Shown: positions 10,124 through 20,253 of the stretch, piece by piece
Layout: the number at the start of each line of letters is the position of its first letter
Numbering within the stretch: position 1 is the stretch's first letter
Assembly: GCA_903901225.1 (NCBI GenBank)
Contig: CAIUQE010000037.1
Coordinates: forward strand, 106,580 to 170,579
Length of the DNA stretch: 64,000 nucleotides
DNA from: Candidatus Omnitrophota bacterium
Lineage (GTDB): Bacteria > Omnitrophota > Gorgyraeia > Zapsychrales > Fredricksoniimonadaceae
Reading direction: 5' to 3'
Position numbers and translations under genes: made by a program
The notes under the pieces: generated by a model
What the model was told of the DNA's origin: nothing
Seen by the model: only the letters and a program-made list of their open reading frames with translations
Database searches by the model: none

Positions 10124-11401
10124 TCATTTGAGGAAAGCCGGTATATGGGCACCCTTCACAAGGTCCCTGAATGTCTCTCTTGCCTGCACAACGGCCCACC
10201 GGTCGCCCTTGACCATCACTTCCGAAGCCCGGGGACGGACATTATAATTGCTGGCCATCGAATAGCCATAGGCGCCCGCGGACAGCAAGGCCAGGCATTT
10301 CCCGTCGGCAATATCAGGAAGTTTGCGGTCATGGGCAAAAACATCCCCGCTTTCACAAATAGGGCCGACCACATCACAAACGATCTTACGGGCCGCGGAA
10401 CGTTCAAGCGGGATGATCTCATGATGCGCCCCGTACATAGAGGGGCGCACAAGGTCATTCATCCCCCCGTCGACGATCATGAATTTCTTGACACCATTAT
10501 CTTTGGTGTAAAGTTTTCGCGTCACGAATATCCCGGCATTGCCAACGATAAAACGGCCCGGCTCCATGATAAGGCGCAACGCGCGGCCCTTGAGCAGCGG
10601 GAGCACCCTGTTCGCGAATTCCTTGGCCGTCTGGGGTTTTTCATCGCTGTAAATGATGCCCAGTCCGCCGCCGATATCAAAATACGTGACGCGCACGCCT
10701 TCACGGGCCAGGCCGTCAATGAAAGCCAGGGCCCTGCGTATCGCTTTCAAAAAAGGCGCCCCCTCGGTGATCTGGGACCCGATATGGATATGGACGCCAT
10801 TGATCAAAAGGTGCTTATATTTCTTCTGGCCAAGGAATATGCCCCTCGCCGTCGACAAGTCAATGCCGAATTTCTTCTTGAGGCTTCCCGTATTGATCTT
10901 GTCATGCGTGGGCGCTTGCACATCGGGATTGATCCGCAATGCCACCTGGACGGTCTTTTTCATACTGCCGGCGATGCGTTCGATGTTCTCTAGTTCCGGG
11001 CTTGATTCAACATTAAAAAGCAGTATCCCGGCTTTGATGGCATCCGCGATCTCAGCGTCGGTCTTGCCCACCGAAGCATAAACGATCTTCCTGACATCCG
11101 CCCCGACCAGCCGGGCCTTGCGCAATTCCCCGCCGGAAACAATATCGAAACCAGCCCCCGCGCTCACCAGGGCCTTGAGGACCGCCAGATTGCTGTTCGC
11201 CTTCATGGCAAAGCAAATGAGCGGATCGACCTCGTCGAAAGCGGCCTTGATCTTGTTAAAATGATCAACCAGTGTCTTATGGCTGTAGATATATGCCGGT
11301 GTGCCTGTGGTCTTGACGATGGAGGACACCTTCACGCCTTCGCAAAACAGTTCCCCGGCTTTGTAATGAAAATCATGGATCGGGTGGGGTGATCTTGTCA
11401 T
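10124..11401 (-). CDS. lysA: Diaminopimelate decarboxylase
   Basis: FAMKANSN, FDIVSGGE, HIGSQI, EPGRF, GPICESGD, GAYGYSMASNYN; ATG overlaps the argH stop. Confidence 0.96.
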   Translation of the reverse strand: MTRSPHPIHDFHYKAGELFCEGVKVSSIVKTTGTPAYIYSHKTLVDHFNKIKAAFDEVDPLICFAMKANSNLAVLKALVSAGAGFDIVSGGELRKARLVGADVRKIVYASVGKTDAEIADAIKAGILLFNVESSPELENIERIAGSMKKTVQVALRINPDVQAPTHDKINTGSLKKKFGIDLSTARGIFLGQKKYKHLLINGVHIHIGSQITEGAPFLKAIRRALAFIDGLAREGVRVTYFDIGGGLGIIYSDEKPQTAKEFANRVLPLLKGRALRLIMEPGRFIVGNAGIFVTRKLYTKDNGVKKFMIVDGGMNDLVRPSMYGAHHEIIPLERSAARKIVCDVVGPICESGDVFAHDRKLPDIADGKCLALLSAGAYGYSMASNYNVRPRASEVMVKGDRWAVVQARETFRDLVKGAHIPAFLK

Positions 11402-12774
11402 TTCAGGCGCTTTTTCCACTTGTTGATCTGGGCTTTCACCATGTCGGGATTCGTGGAACCGAGGGATCGCTTGATCCTGACGGACATCTCGGGAGTCAGG
11501 AGGTTCTTCACGTCTTCTTCGAAATGCATGGAATAACGCTTCAACTGGGCGACATTCATGTCGGAGATCTTACGCCCGTGGTCCAGGCATTCCCTGACCA
11601 TGGCCCCGATCGTGTCATGGGCGTCACGGTAAGAAACGCCTTTCTTGACAAGATAGTCGAGGATGTCGACCGAAAAGAAATACTCCCCGGTGATCTTCCC
11701 CTTAATGACATCCTTCTTGACCTTGATGCCGTCAAAGACCTGGGCCATGATCTCCAGCATGTCTTCCATCGTCTCAAGGGCGTCAAAAAGAGCCGGCTTA
11801 TCCATCTGCATATCCCGGTTATAGCTGAGTGGCAACCCTTTCATGAGGACCAGAAGTTCCATAAGGCGGCCCGGGAATTTGGACGCGGTGCCGCGCACAA
11901 GCTCCAGCACGTCGGGATTCTTCTTGTGCGGCATGATGGACGAGCCCGTGCACACCGTATCCGCCAGTGCAATAAAATCAAATTCGCTGGTGACCCACAG
12001 GATAAGGTCTTCACAGACCCGCGTCAGATGCATCCCCGTGATCGCGATGGCCGCCATGATCTCAATGATGAAATCCCGGTCCGCGACCGCGTCGATGCTA
12101 TTGGCCGCGGTGGTCAAAAATCCAAGCTTCTTTGTCACATAATCGCGATCCGTCGGCAATGACGTCCCGGAAAACGCGCAGGCGCCGAGCGTGTTGACAC
12201 TCGTGCGCGCGCGGGCATCCTCAAACCGGCCCTTGTCGCGTTCCAGCATCTCGACATACGCCAGCATCTGATGGGACATCAGGACGACCTGCGCCGATTG
12301 CAGATGCGTGTAACCCGGTATGATAACGTCCTGGTTCTTGTCAGCGAACGTGACCAGCGCGATCTGCACCCCCTCGATGAGGGCCAGGATATTTTCCAGG
12401 TGATCCAGGCAATAAAGCCGGACATCGGTCACCACCTGGTCATTGCGCGAACGTGCGGTGTGAAGCTTGTCCGCGGGCTGGCCGATCAGCTTCTTCAATT
12501 TTATCTGGATATCGGTGTGGACGTCCTCGGAGGCAGGATCGAACACATAAGTCCCGCCCTCAATGCTCTTGGTCAGGGCCTTAAGGCCCGCCACAAGGGC
12601 GCTCGCGTCTTTCCTGGGAATGATCCCCTGTTCACCAAGCATCTGGGCATGCGCTGTCCCGGCGATACAATCATACAAAGCAAGCTTGTGGTCATAGGAA
12701 ATACTGTATGTGAACTTCTGGGAAGATTTACTTAAACTTCCCGCAAAGCGTGAACCCCATAATCGTGTGGCCAT
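11398..12774 (-). CDS. argH: Argininosuccinate lyase
   Basis: LWGSRF, HTARSRNDQV, PGYTHLQ, GSSIMPHKKNPD; start at MATRLWG. Confidence 0.97.
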   Translation of the reverse strand: MATRLWGSRFAGSLSKSSQKFTYSISYDHKLALYDCIAGTAHAQMLGEQGIIPRKDASALVAGLKALTKSIEGGTYVFDPASEDVHTDIQIKLKKLIGQPADKLHTARSRNDQVVTDVRLYCLDHLENILALIEGVQIALVTFADKNQDVIIPGYTHLQSAQVVLMSHQMLAYVEMLERDKGRFEDARARTSVNTLGACAFSGTSLPTDRDYVTKKLGFLTTAANSIDAVADRDFIIEIMAAIAITGMHLTRVCEDLILWVTSEFDFIALADTVCTGSSIMPHKKNPDVLELVRGTASKFPGRLMELLVLMKGLPLSYNRDMQMDKPALFDALETMEDMLEIMAQVFDGIKVKKDVIKGKITGEYFFSVDILDYLVKKGVSYRDAHDTIGAMVRECLDHGRKISDMNVAQLKRYSMHFEEDVKNLLTPEMSVRIKRSLGSTNPDMVKAQINKWKKRLK

Positions 12775-12829
12775 ATCCGCCCCCTTCAAAGCATTTGAAC
12801 TATTACAGCCCTGATAAGGCCGTGGCGCT

Positions 12830-14005
12830 TCATGAAAAACGCTGGAACGGAACAGTCCAAAGCTTGATGAAACCTTCCGCCTGAGACTGGTCGAACTTGT
12901 CGCCCTTGCCGTAGGTCGCCATTTTCTCACTGTAACGGGAATATGGTGATTTGCGTCCAACGACCATGGCATGCCCCTTGTAAAGCTTGATCCGGACCGT
13001 GCCGGTGGTGTTCTTGTGGTACTCATTGAAGAACGCGTCCATCTGCGCCTTCAACGGCGTCCACCACAAGCCATTATACGTCAGCTCGGCGTATTTCTGT
13101 GACAATATCTCTTTGAAGCGAAGGCTGTCGCGGTCAAGGACCAGGCTTTCGATCTCGCGGATGGCAAGATGCAGCGCCGCGCCCGCCGGATTCTCATAAA
13201 GCTCGCGTGACTTGATGCCGACGAGCCGGTTCTCGATCATATCCACGCGCCCGATCCCGTGCGCCCCGACGATCTCGTTCAATTTCAACACCAGCGGCAA
13301 CGGCTTCAGCTTGACCCCATTGACAGCGACAGGAACACCTTTTAAAAATTCGATCTCGACGTACCCCGGCTTGTTGGGCGCTTTGCGGGGATCGACCGTC
13401 ATGGAGAACACATCATCCGGCGGCTCGACCATCGGATCTTCAAGAAGGCCGCTCTCAATGGCCTTGCCGTAAACATTGGTATCAATGCTGTAGGGGCTCT
13501 TTTTGGTTGCCGCGACGGGAACGCCCTTGGACTTCGCGTAATCAATCTCTTCATCGCGCGATTTGAATTCCCATACACGGACCGGAGCGAGGATCTCCAT
13601 CTTCGGCTCCATCAAGCGGTAGGTCACTTCAAAGCGGACCTGGTCATTGCCCTTGCCCGTACAGCCATGAACAAGCCCGTCCGCCTTTTCCTTGCGGGCG
13701 ACCTGGACCTGATGGTACGCGATGAGCGGGCGCGAAAGCGCGCAGGCAAGATTGTATTTGCCTTCATACAGAGCGCCGGCCTTCAACGCCGGTATGGCAT
13801 AATCCTCGATCAACTCCTGTTTCACATCAAGGCAATAGACCTTGGAAGCGCCAGACGCGACGGCCTTGGCCTTGACCTTCTCGAAATCATCCCCCTGGCC
13901 AACATCCGCGATGACCGCGATGATCGAATAACCGCGATCCTTGAGCCACGGAATAATGCATGATGTGTCAAGCCCGCCCGAATAAGCCAATACAACTTTC
14001 TTCAT
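12830..14005 (-). CDS. argG: Argininosuccinate synthase
   Basis: LAYSGGLDTS, HGCTGKGNDQVRFE, ENRLVGIKSRE. Confidence 0.98.
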   Translation of the reverse strand: MKKVVLAYSGGLDTSCIIPWLKDRGYSIIAVIADVGQGDDFEKVKAKAVASGASKVYCLDVKQELIEDYAIPALKAGALYEGKYNLACALSRPLIAYHQVQVARKEKADGLVHGCTGKGNDQVRFEVTYRLMEPKMEILAPVRVWEFKSRDEEIDYAKSKGVPVAATKKSPYSIDTNVYGKAIESGLLEDPMVEPPDDVFSMTVDPRKAPNKPGYVEIEFLKGVPVAVNGVKLKPLPLVLKLNEIVGAHGIGRVDMIENRLVGIKSRELYENPAGAALHLAIREIESLVLDRDSLRFKEILSQKYAELTYNGLWWTPLKAQMDAFFNEYHKNTTGTVRIKLYKGHAMVVGRKSPYSRYSEKMATYGKGDKFDQSQAEGFIKLWTVPFQRFS

Positions 14006-14020
14006 TGCTATTCTCCCTTT

Positions 14021-14941
14021 TTATGCTGAATATAAAAAAACCATGACCGCCTTCTGCACATGAAGACGATTCTCTGCCTCGTCAAAAACGACCGAACGCG
14101 GCCCGTCGATCACTTCGGCTGAAACCTCCTGCCCCCGGTGCGCCGGAAGGCAATGCATGAAAATGCGGTCCTTGCCCGCCCGGGCAAAAAGTTTCGCGTC
14201 GATCTGATAACCTTTAAAATCCTTCAAACGCCGGGCCGTCTCATTTTCCTGGCCCATGCTCACCCACGTGTCCGTATAAACGACATGCGCCCCCTCGACC
14301 GCTTTCACAGGGTCGCGCGTCAAAGATATCTTCGCCCCTGTCGCTTTGGCGCAGTCGACCGCCTGCCTAAAACAACCGGCATCGGGCTCATACCCTTTGG
14401 GCGTCGCCACCGTCATATCCATGCCGGTTTTAGCCGCCGCCAGCATCAGTGAGTTTGTCATGTTGTTCCCGTCACCGATATAAGCCAGTTTGATGCCTTT
14501 CAACGTCCCGAATTTCTCCTGGACCGTCATCACATCTGCCAAAGCCTGGCAGGGATGCGAATGGTCGGAAAGCGCGTTCACGACAGGGATACGCGCGTAC
14601 CTCGCCAGGTCCAGAAGGTCCTGGTGCGCGAAAACACGGGCCACGATCCCCTTCACGTAACGGGAAAGGGTCTGGGCGATATCCGCCGTGGGCTCTCTCT
14701 TGCCAAGGCTGATATCATCAGGCGCAAGGTAGATGGATTTCCCGCCAAGCTGGAATATGCCGGCTTCGAACGAAACGCGCGTGCGATTGGACGGCTTCTG
14801 AAAGATCAGCGCCACCGATTCGCCTTTCAGCAGCGTCGCGTGCGACGAAGGCTTCTTCTTCAGTTTATGCGCCAGGTCAAGTATCCGCGCGATATCGTCG
14901 GAAGAATGGTCGGCGATCGAAATAAAATCACGTTTCTTCAT
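14021..14941 (-). CDS. argF: Ornithine carbamoyltransferase
   Basis: FQKPSNRTR, HPCQ, DTWVSMG, HCLPAHRG. Confidence 0.96.
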   Translation of the reverse strand: MKKRDFISIADHSSDDIARILDLAHKLKKKPSSHATLLKGESVALIFQKPSNRTRVSFEAGIFQLGGKSIYLAPDDISLGKREPTADIAQTLSRYVKGIVARVFAHQDLLDLARYARIPVVNALSDHSHPCQALADVMTVQEKFGTLKGIKLAYIGDGNNMTNSLMLAAAKTGMDMTVATPKGYEPDAGCFRQAVDCAKATGAKISLTRDPVKAVEGAHVVYTDTWVSMGQENETARRLKDFKGYQIDAKLFARAGKDRIFMHCLPAHRGQEVSAEVIDGPRSVVFDEAENRLHVQKAVMVFLYSA

Positions 14942-14949
14942 AACTATCC

Positions 14950-16155
14950 TTACCTTTTAACGGCATGCGTCAACGCCGCTTCCAGTATTCCCAGTGCCTT
15001 ATCGATCTCTTTGCGCCTGACGTTGAGCGCCGGCATGATCCTCAAAACATTGCCCTGCGTGCAATTGATGATAAGCCCGTTCGCGAAACATTCGTCGAAG
15101 ATCCCCTTCCCTTCGATCGACAGCTCAACCCCGATCATGAGGCCAAGCCCGCGGACATCCTTGATAAGGGAAAAGCGCCCCTGCATTTGCCTGAGACGCT
15201 CAAGCATATAAGCCCCCATGAGCCGGCAATTCTTGAGCATTTTATCCCTGTAGATCGCTTCAAACGTTCCTAACGCTGCTTTGGCGACCAGTGGATTCCC
15301 TCCAAATGTCGTGCCGTGCATCCCGGGTTGCAGCAAATGCGCGAACTTCCGGCAGGCCAGCATGGCGCCAATGGGCAGCCCGCCGCCGAGCGCTTTGGCC
15401 AGCGTCATGACATCCGGCTGGATACCGAAATGCTGATACGCGAACATTTCACCGGTGCGCCCCATACCCGTCTGGACCTCATCAAGGATGAGCAACAGCT
15501 TGCGCTCATCGCATAACTTCCGTACCGCCTTCATATAGTCGTGCGTCGCGACATTGATCCCGCCTTCACCCTGGACAGGTTCAAACATGACCGCGACAGT
15601 CCTGGGCGTGATGGCCACCCGCAAAGCTTCGATATCATTGAAAGGGACATGGACAAACCCCGGTACCAGCGGCGTGAAACCTTTTTGGTGTTTTATTTGT
15701 CCCGTCGCGGAAATAGCACCCATGGTGCGCCCGTGGAATGAATTGAACGCGGTCACGATCTCGAACCTTGACCCCTCAGCGCCGGGATGGGCCGCGCCGA
15801 AAAGCCGGGAGAATTTGATCGCGGCTTCATTGGCCTCCGCCCCGCTGTTGCAGAAGAAAACTTTGCCGTCAAAGGACTGGCGCACGATCTCTTTGGCCAG
15901 CCGGGCCTGATTGGCACCGAAGAAATTGTTCGGGATATGGATGAGCTTCCCGACCTGGTCGCGCACCGCGGCCATGACCTTGGGATGGCAATGACCGACA
16001 TTGGAAATGCCCCAGCCGGGAAAAAAATCAAGATACTTCTTCCCGTCGATATCCGTCAGGACGCTCCCCTTGCCTTTTACAAAAATAACAGGCAGGCGCG
16101 TGTACGTCGGGAACACGAACTGGTCATAACTGTCGAAAATATCTTTTTTTGTCAT
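14950..16155 (-). CDS. argD: Acetylornithine aminotransferase
   Basis: NSGAEANE, SFHGRT, EPVQGEGG, DEVQTGMGRTG, LAKALGGG; inside the arg operon. Confidence 0.94.
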   Translation of the reverse strand: MTKKDIFDSYDQFVFPTYTRLPVIFVKGKGSVLTDIDGKKYLDFFPGWGISNVGHCHPKVMAAVRDQVGKLIHIPNNFFGANQARLAKEIVRQSFDGKVFFCNSGAEANEAAIKFSRLFGAAHPGAEGSRFEIVTAFNSFHGRTMGAISATGQIKHQKGFTPLVPGFVHVPFNDIEALRVAITPRTVAVMFEPVQGEGGINVATHDYMKAVRKLCDERKLLLILDEVQTGMGRTGEMFAYQHFGIQPDVMTLAKALGGGLPIGAMLACRKFAHLLQPGMHGTTFGGNPLVAKAALGTFEAIYRDKMLKNCRLMGAYMLERLRQMQGRFSLIKDVRGLGLMIGVELSIEGKGIFDECFANGLIINCTQGNVLRIMPALNVRRKEIDKALGILEAALTHAVKR

Positions 16156-16163
16156 AAGTCCGG

Positions 16164-17018
16164 CTATTTCTGGACGATCTGGGTGCCGACACCCGTGTCT
16201 GTGAAGATCTCAAGCAGGAGCGCGTGATCAAGGCGCGCGTCGATGATATGGGCCTTGGGGATACCTCCCAGGACCGCTTCAATGCAGGAATCAACCTTCG
16301 GGATCATACCGCCGGCAATGATCCCTTCACCCTTAAGCCGTTTGACCTCATCAAGGGTCAATGTGGAATAGAGCGTAGACTTATCTTTCGGATCCCGCAT
16401 CACGCCGGGAACATTCGTCAACAGGACAAATTTCTCGGCGCACATTGACGCCGCGACCGCGCTCGCCACCTCGTCGGCATTGACATTGTGCGTCTGCTTG
16501 TCAAGGCTCATCCCCATCGGCGCGATGACCGTTATATGCCCCTGACGCAAATGCTTTTCGATGATGCGCCGCTCGATATTCGTGATCGTGCCGACGAAGC
16601 CAAGATCCCGTTCCGCCTGTTTCTTCTCAACGTAAACGATATTCTCATCGCCTTTGAGGCCGGTCACATCACCTTTGAGAGAACGCAATTCGGTCACGAT
16701 CTGCTCATTGATATCATCAAGCTCCTCGATCACGATCTTGAGCGTCTTTTCATCGGTCACACGGATACCATTGTGGAATTCAGGCTCAACGCCGATGGCC
16801 TTGAGGCGGTTGGAAATATGCGGGCCGCCGCCATGGATCAGGATGATGCGGATACCGACAAAACTCAGAAAGACAATGTCTTCCAGGACGCTGCGGCGGA
16901 TGGCATCATCATGCAGGACGCTGCCGCCATACTTGATGACGAAGACTTTCTTGCGGAACTGGTGGATGTAAGGAACGGCTTCGACGAGAACGCCGGCCTT
17001 TTTAATTATATTTTCCAT
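16164..17018 (-). CDS. argB: Acetylglutamate kinase
   Basis: VIKYGG, HGGGP, NVNAD, GGMIPKV; start at MENIIKKA. Confidence 0.96.
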   Translation of the reverse strand: MENIIKKAGVLVEAVPYIHQFRKKVFVIKYGGSVLHDDAIRRSVLEDIVFLSFVGIRIILIHGGGPHISNRLKAIGVEPEFHNGIRVTDEKTLKIVIEELDDINEQIVTELRSLKGDVTGLKGDENIVYVEKKQAERDLGFVGTITNIERRIIEKHLRQGHITVIAPMGMSLDKQTHNVNADEVASAVAASMCAEKFVLLTNVPGVMRDPKDKSTLYSTLTLDEVKRLKGEGIIAGGMIPKVDSCIEAVLGGIPKAHIIDARLDHALLLEIFTDTGVGTQIVQK

Positions 17019-18141
17019 TGATATCAATGTATTTGTGAGTGAGATCGCACGTATAAACAATAGCCTGGGCATCGCCCTGCCCGAGGTCGGCATTGATGTA
17101 GATCGTATTGCGCTTGACGGAAAAATCGATCTTCAGGGATGTTTCCGTGACAGCCTTGAAACCGCACGCCCCGATAGCCGCCGCGACCCTGCCCCAATTG
17201 GGATTGTCCGTATAGTCCGCTGTCTTCACAAGGTTGGAATTAGCCACTTTCATGGCGGCATCTCTCGCCTGTTTAAAATCCTTCGCGCCGGTCACCTTGA
17301 TCTCGAAGAACTTTGACGCGCCCTCACCGTCAACGACAATATCCCGCGCGAGCTTGACGCATGCCGCTTTCAACGCTTCGACAAAAAGTTGATAGTCCTG
17401 GCCCGCGGCGCTGATCGTCCTGTTGCCGGCTAACCCGCTGGCCATCAGGGACACCATGTCATTCGTGCTCATGCAGCCGTCGACCGTAATGGCATTGAAC
17501 GAAACGTCCACAGCATCCTTGAGGGCCTTCTGGAGCATTGGCGTCGTGATCGCGCAATCCGTGGTGACGCACGCCAGCATGGTGGCCATGTTCGGCTCGA
17601 TCATGCCCGAACCTTTGGCGCACGCGCCGACCGTCACTGTCTTGCCGCCGATCTGGGTGGTGACCGCGATTTGTTTATCGATCGTGTCCGTGGTCATGAT
17701 CGCTCGCGCGAAACTCACGCCCCTTTTGGCGCTCAAGCCCTTGAACAAGGAAGGGATGGCCACGCGGATCTTCTCGTAAGGGAATGTGCGGCCGATGATC
17801 CCGGTCGACATCACAAAGACATGCGCCGCGTCAATGCCCATCTTTTCAGCAACAAGCTCCGTCATCCGCCGGGCGTACATAAAACCATATTCCCCCGTGA
17901 AACAATTGGCATTGCCGCTGTTGGCAAGAAGCGCCTGGATCTTGCCGGTCTTGAGGTTCTTCTGGCAAACGACAACAGGGGCCGCCTTCACGGAATTGAT
18001 CGTGAACACCGCGGCGGCATTGCACATCACGTCGGCGCAAATAAGGCCAAGGTCAGGCTTGCCGGATTTCTTAATGCCGGCCCAGAAACCGTTCGCCTTG
18101 AATCCCCTGGGAGAAGTGACCCCGCCCTTGATAAGTTTCAT
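17002..18141 (-). CDS. argJ: Ornithine acetyltransferase / N-acetylglutamate synthase
   Basis: NSGNANCFTG, IMTTDT, AKGSGMIEPNMATML autocleavage site, DGEGA. Confidence 0.95.
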   Translation of the reverse strand: MKLIKGGVTSPRGFKANGFWAGIKKSGKPDLGLICADVMCNAAAVFTINSVKAAPVVVCQKNLKTGKIQALLANSGNANCFTGEYGFMYARRMTELVAEKMGIDAAHVFVMSTGIIGRTFPYEKIRVAIPSLFKGLSAKRGVSFARAIMTTDTIDKQIAVTTQIGGKTVTVGACAKGSGMIEPNMATMLACVTTDCAITTPMLQKALKDAVDVSFNAITVDGCMSTNDMVSLMASGLAGNRTISAAGQDYQLFVEALKAACVKLARDIVVDGEGASKFFEIKVTGAKDFKQARDAAMKVANSNLVKTADYTDNPNWGRVAAAIGACGFKAVTETSLKIDFSVKRNTIYINADLGQGDAQAIVYTCDLTHKYIDINGKYN

Positions 18142-19157
18142 AATAGCCCTTCCGACTCGTTGAACCCGCTCATGATGTTCATGTTCTGGACCGCCTGCCC
18201 GCTGGCACCTTTGACAAGATTGTCAATGGCGGAAGTTATGACAAGTGTCTTTTTATTCTCACTGACCGCGAGGCCGATGTCACAAAAATTCGTCCGGACA
18301 ACATGCGCCAGTTCCGGCTGCCGCCCTGGCTCCAGGAGCCGTACGAATGGTTCTGTTTTATAGAACTTCTTGTAAAGCGCGTGCAACTGATCCGCGGATA
18401 TCCTGGCGTTCAGATGGACGTAAATGGTCTCCTGAATGCCTGAATCGACAGGCAAAAGATGCGGGACGAACGTAACGTCGAGCGGCCGTCCCGCCACCTT
18501 CGACACATAATATGATATTTCGGGCGTATGCTGGTGATCAAGGACCCTGTACGCCTTGAAATTCTCGTTCACAAAACAGAACATGAAGCCTTCCGCGACC
18601 TTACGCCCCGCGCCGGAAACACCGGACTTGGCATCAATGGCAATGGAGGCGATCTTTCCGCCATGGACCGCGGCGAGCGGCGCCAGCGCCAGGACCGCGG
18701 CCGTCGGATAACACCCCGGATTCGCGATAAGGCTGGCTTTCTTGATCGCGGGACGATGCAACTCGGGAAGCCCATACACCGCCTTGAGCAGATTCTTTGG
18801 GTCCTTGTGCTCCGCGTGATACCACTTTTTATAAACAGAAATATTTTTCAGGCGATAATCAGCGCTGAGGTCAATGACCTTCTTGCCCGCCTTAAGGAGC
18901 TTGCCGGCGATGGCCATGGATTCGGTATGCGGCATGGCCAGGAAAACAATGTCGCATTGCGCGATCGCAACAACCGGATCATACGCCTCGCAGACAAGGT
19001 TGGTCCGCCCCCGGAACTGGGGCCATATCGCATCAACCCGACCCGTGGTCGAACGCGCCGCGACATAAGTGACACGGACTTCCCTGTGATTCAAAAGGAT
19101 ATCCAGCAGCACTTTGCCTGAAAAACCACTTATCCCGACGATGCCAACGCGTATCAT
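18138..19157 (-). CDS. argC: N-acetyl-gamma-glutamyl-phosphate reductase
   Basis: DLSADYRL, ANPGCYPT, SGVSGAGR, IDNLVKGASGQAVQN. Confidence 0.97.
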   Translation of the reverse strand: MIRVGIVGISGFSGKVLLDILLNHREVRVTYVAARSTTGRVDAIWPQFRGRTNLVCEAYDPVVAIAQCDIVFLAMPHTESMAIAGKLLKAGKKVIDLSADYRLKNISVYKKWYHAEHKDPKNLLKAVYGLPELHRPAIKKASLIANPGCYPTAAVLALAPLAAVHGGKIASIAIDAKSGVSGAGRKVAEGFMFCFVNENFKAYRVLDHQHTPEISYYVSKVAGRPLDVTFVPHLLPVDSGIQETIYVHLNARISADQLHALYKKFYKTEPFVRLLEPGRQPELAHVVRTNFCDIGLAVSENKKTLVITSAIDNLVKGASGQAVQNMNIMSGFNESEGLL

Positions 19158-19210
19158 ATGCGGATCATTCCCGTTTTTCCGTCTAAGAAAACAGATTTAA
19201 ATAATAAATG

Positions 19211-19255
19211 AAAAAGCCTGCGCCGTCAATAAAACTTTTTGAAGACGCAGGCTTT
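19211..19255 (-). terminator. Intrinsic terminator after rpsI
   Basis: aaagcctgcg...cgcaggcttt stem followed by a T-run on the minus strand. Confidence 0.65.
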
Positions 19256-19297
19256 GTAAGTTCTTGAAAAACAAAAATTTGTGTTAAAAAACAACCC

Positions 19298-19693
19298 TTA
19301 ACGTTTGACCCACTGGAACTTCCTGCGCGCGCCCTTCTGCCCAGGCTTTTTACGTTCCTTCATGCGCGAATCACGCCTTAAACAAAGATTCTTTTTAAGG
19401 ATCGCGCGCGTATTCTGGTCAAACAATGTCAACGCCCTTGATACGGCCATCCGAAGAGCGCCAGCCTGCCCTGTGAGGCCGCCACCCGTGGCATTGACAT
19501 CCATGTCAAACTTGTTAAGAAAATTCGTCAACTTGAACGGCGACAGGATGATGATACGGTCTGTCTCTCTCGGGAAATAATGTTCGAACGCACGGCCATT
19601 GACCGTGATCCTGCCAGCACCCGGCGTAATGATGACACGCGCCACGGATGTTTTACGGCGACCGGTAGCTGCATATTTGACGACTTCGACCAT
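19298..19693 (-). CDS. rpsI: 30S ribosomal protein S9
   Basis: ATGRRKTSVARV, GGGLTGQAGA, ERKKPGQKGARRKFQWVKR. Confidence 0.98.
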   Translation of the reverse strand: MVEVVKYAATGRRKTSVARVIITPGAGRITVNGRAFEHYFPRETDRIIILSPFKLTNFLNKFDMDVNATGGGLTGQAGALRMAVSRALTLFDQNTRAILKKNLCLRRDSRMKERKKPGQKGARRKFQWVKR

Positions 19694-19712
19694 TGTTCGT
19701 ACTCCTCTGGAA

Positions 19713-20150
19713 TTAAATGTCTAACGGAACAGGTTTCTGAGCCTTGTGCGGATGATCCGGGCCGGCATAAACGTAAAGATGCGTCCTGACGCGCTCGCCG
19801 AGTTTTCCCTTGGGGATCATGCGCCCGATGGCCAGTTCAAGGACCTTGTGCGGATACTTGATGATCATATCCGAGAACCTGACGCTCTTCAGCCCGGAAT
19901 GGAAACCCGAATAGCGGTCATAGAACTTGTCATTGGCCTTCTTGCCGGTAACACGGATCTTCTCCGCGTTGATGATGATGACGTTGTCACCCGTATCCAT
20001 AAAGGGTGTGAACGTCGGCTTGTGTTTGCCGCGCAGGATGGACGCCACCTTGGTGGCCAAACGCCCCAACACTTTCCCGTCGGCATTGACAAGGAAATAC
20101 TTCTTTTCGATCTCGTTCACTTTAGGTAATGTGGTTTTCTGTGCGGCCAT
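19713..20150 (-). CDS. rplM: 50S ribosomal protein L13
   Basis: LGRLAT, LRGKHKPTFTP, DTGDNVIIINA, HPHKAQKP. Confidence 0.98.
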   Translation of the reverse strand: MAAQKTTLPKVNEIEKKYFLVNADGKVLGRLATKVASILRGKHKPTFTPFMDTGDNVIIINAEKIRVTGKKANDKFYDRYSGFHSGLKSVRFSDMIIKYPHKVLELAIGRMIPKGKLGERVRTHLYVYAGPDHPHKAQKPVPLDI

Positions 20151-20195
20151 CTTCAACTCTCTTGATATTTAACTAGTTCCAAATTATGAGCCAAA

Positions 20196-20223
20196 AGTAT
20201 ATCACTGAATCCGGACAAGTCAA
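20196..20223 (-). promoter_or_regulatory. Sigma70-type promoter of rplM-rpsI
   Basis: Minus strand TTGACT-16 nt-TATACT. Confidence 0.55.
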
Positions 20224-20253
20224 TAGAAAATATCGTCGGATCATATACGCCGG

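Noticed and set aside
12775-13026. Long N-terminal extensions in the ORF track (argH here; also uvrA, argB, ispG, folB, sufU)
   Set aside because: They overlap neighbouring genes or promoters; downstream starts match the family N-termini.
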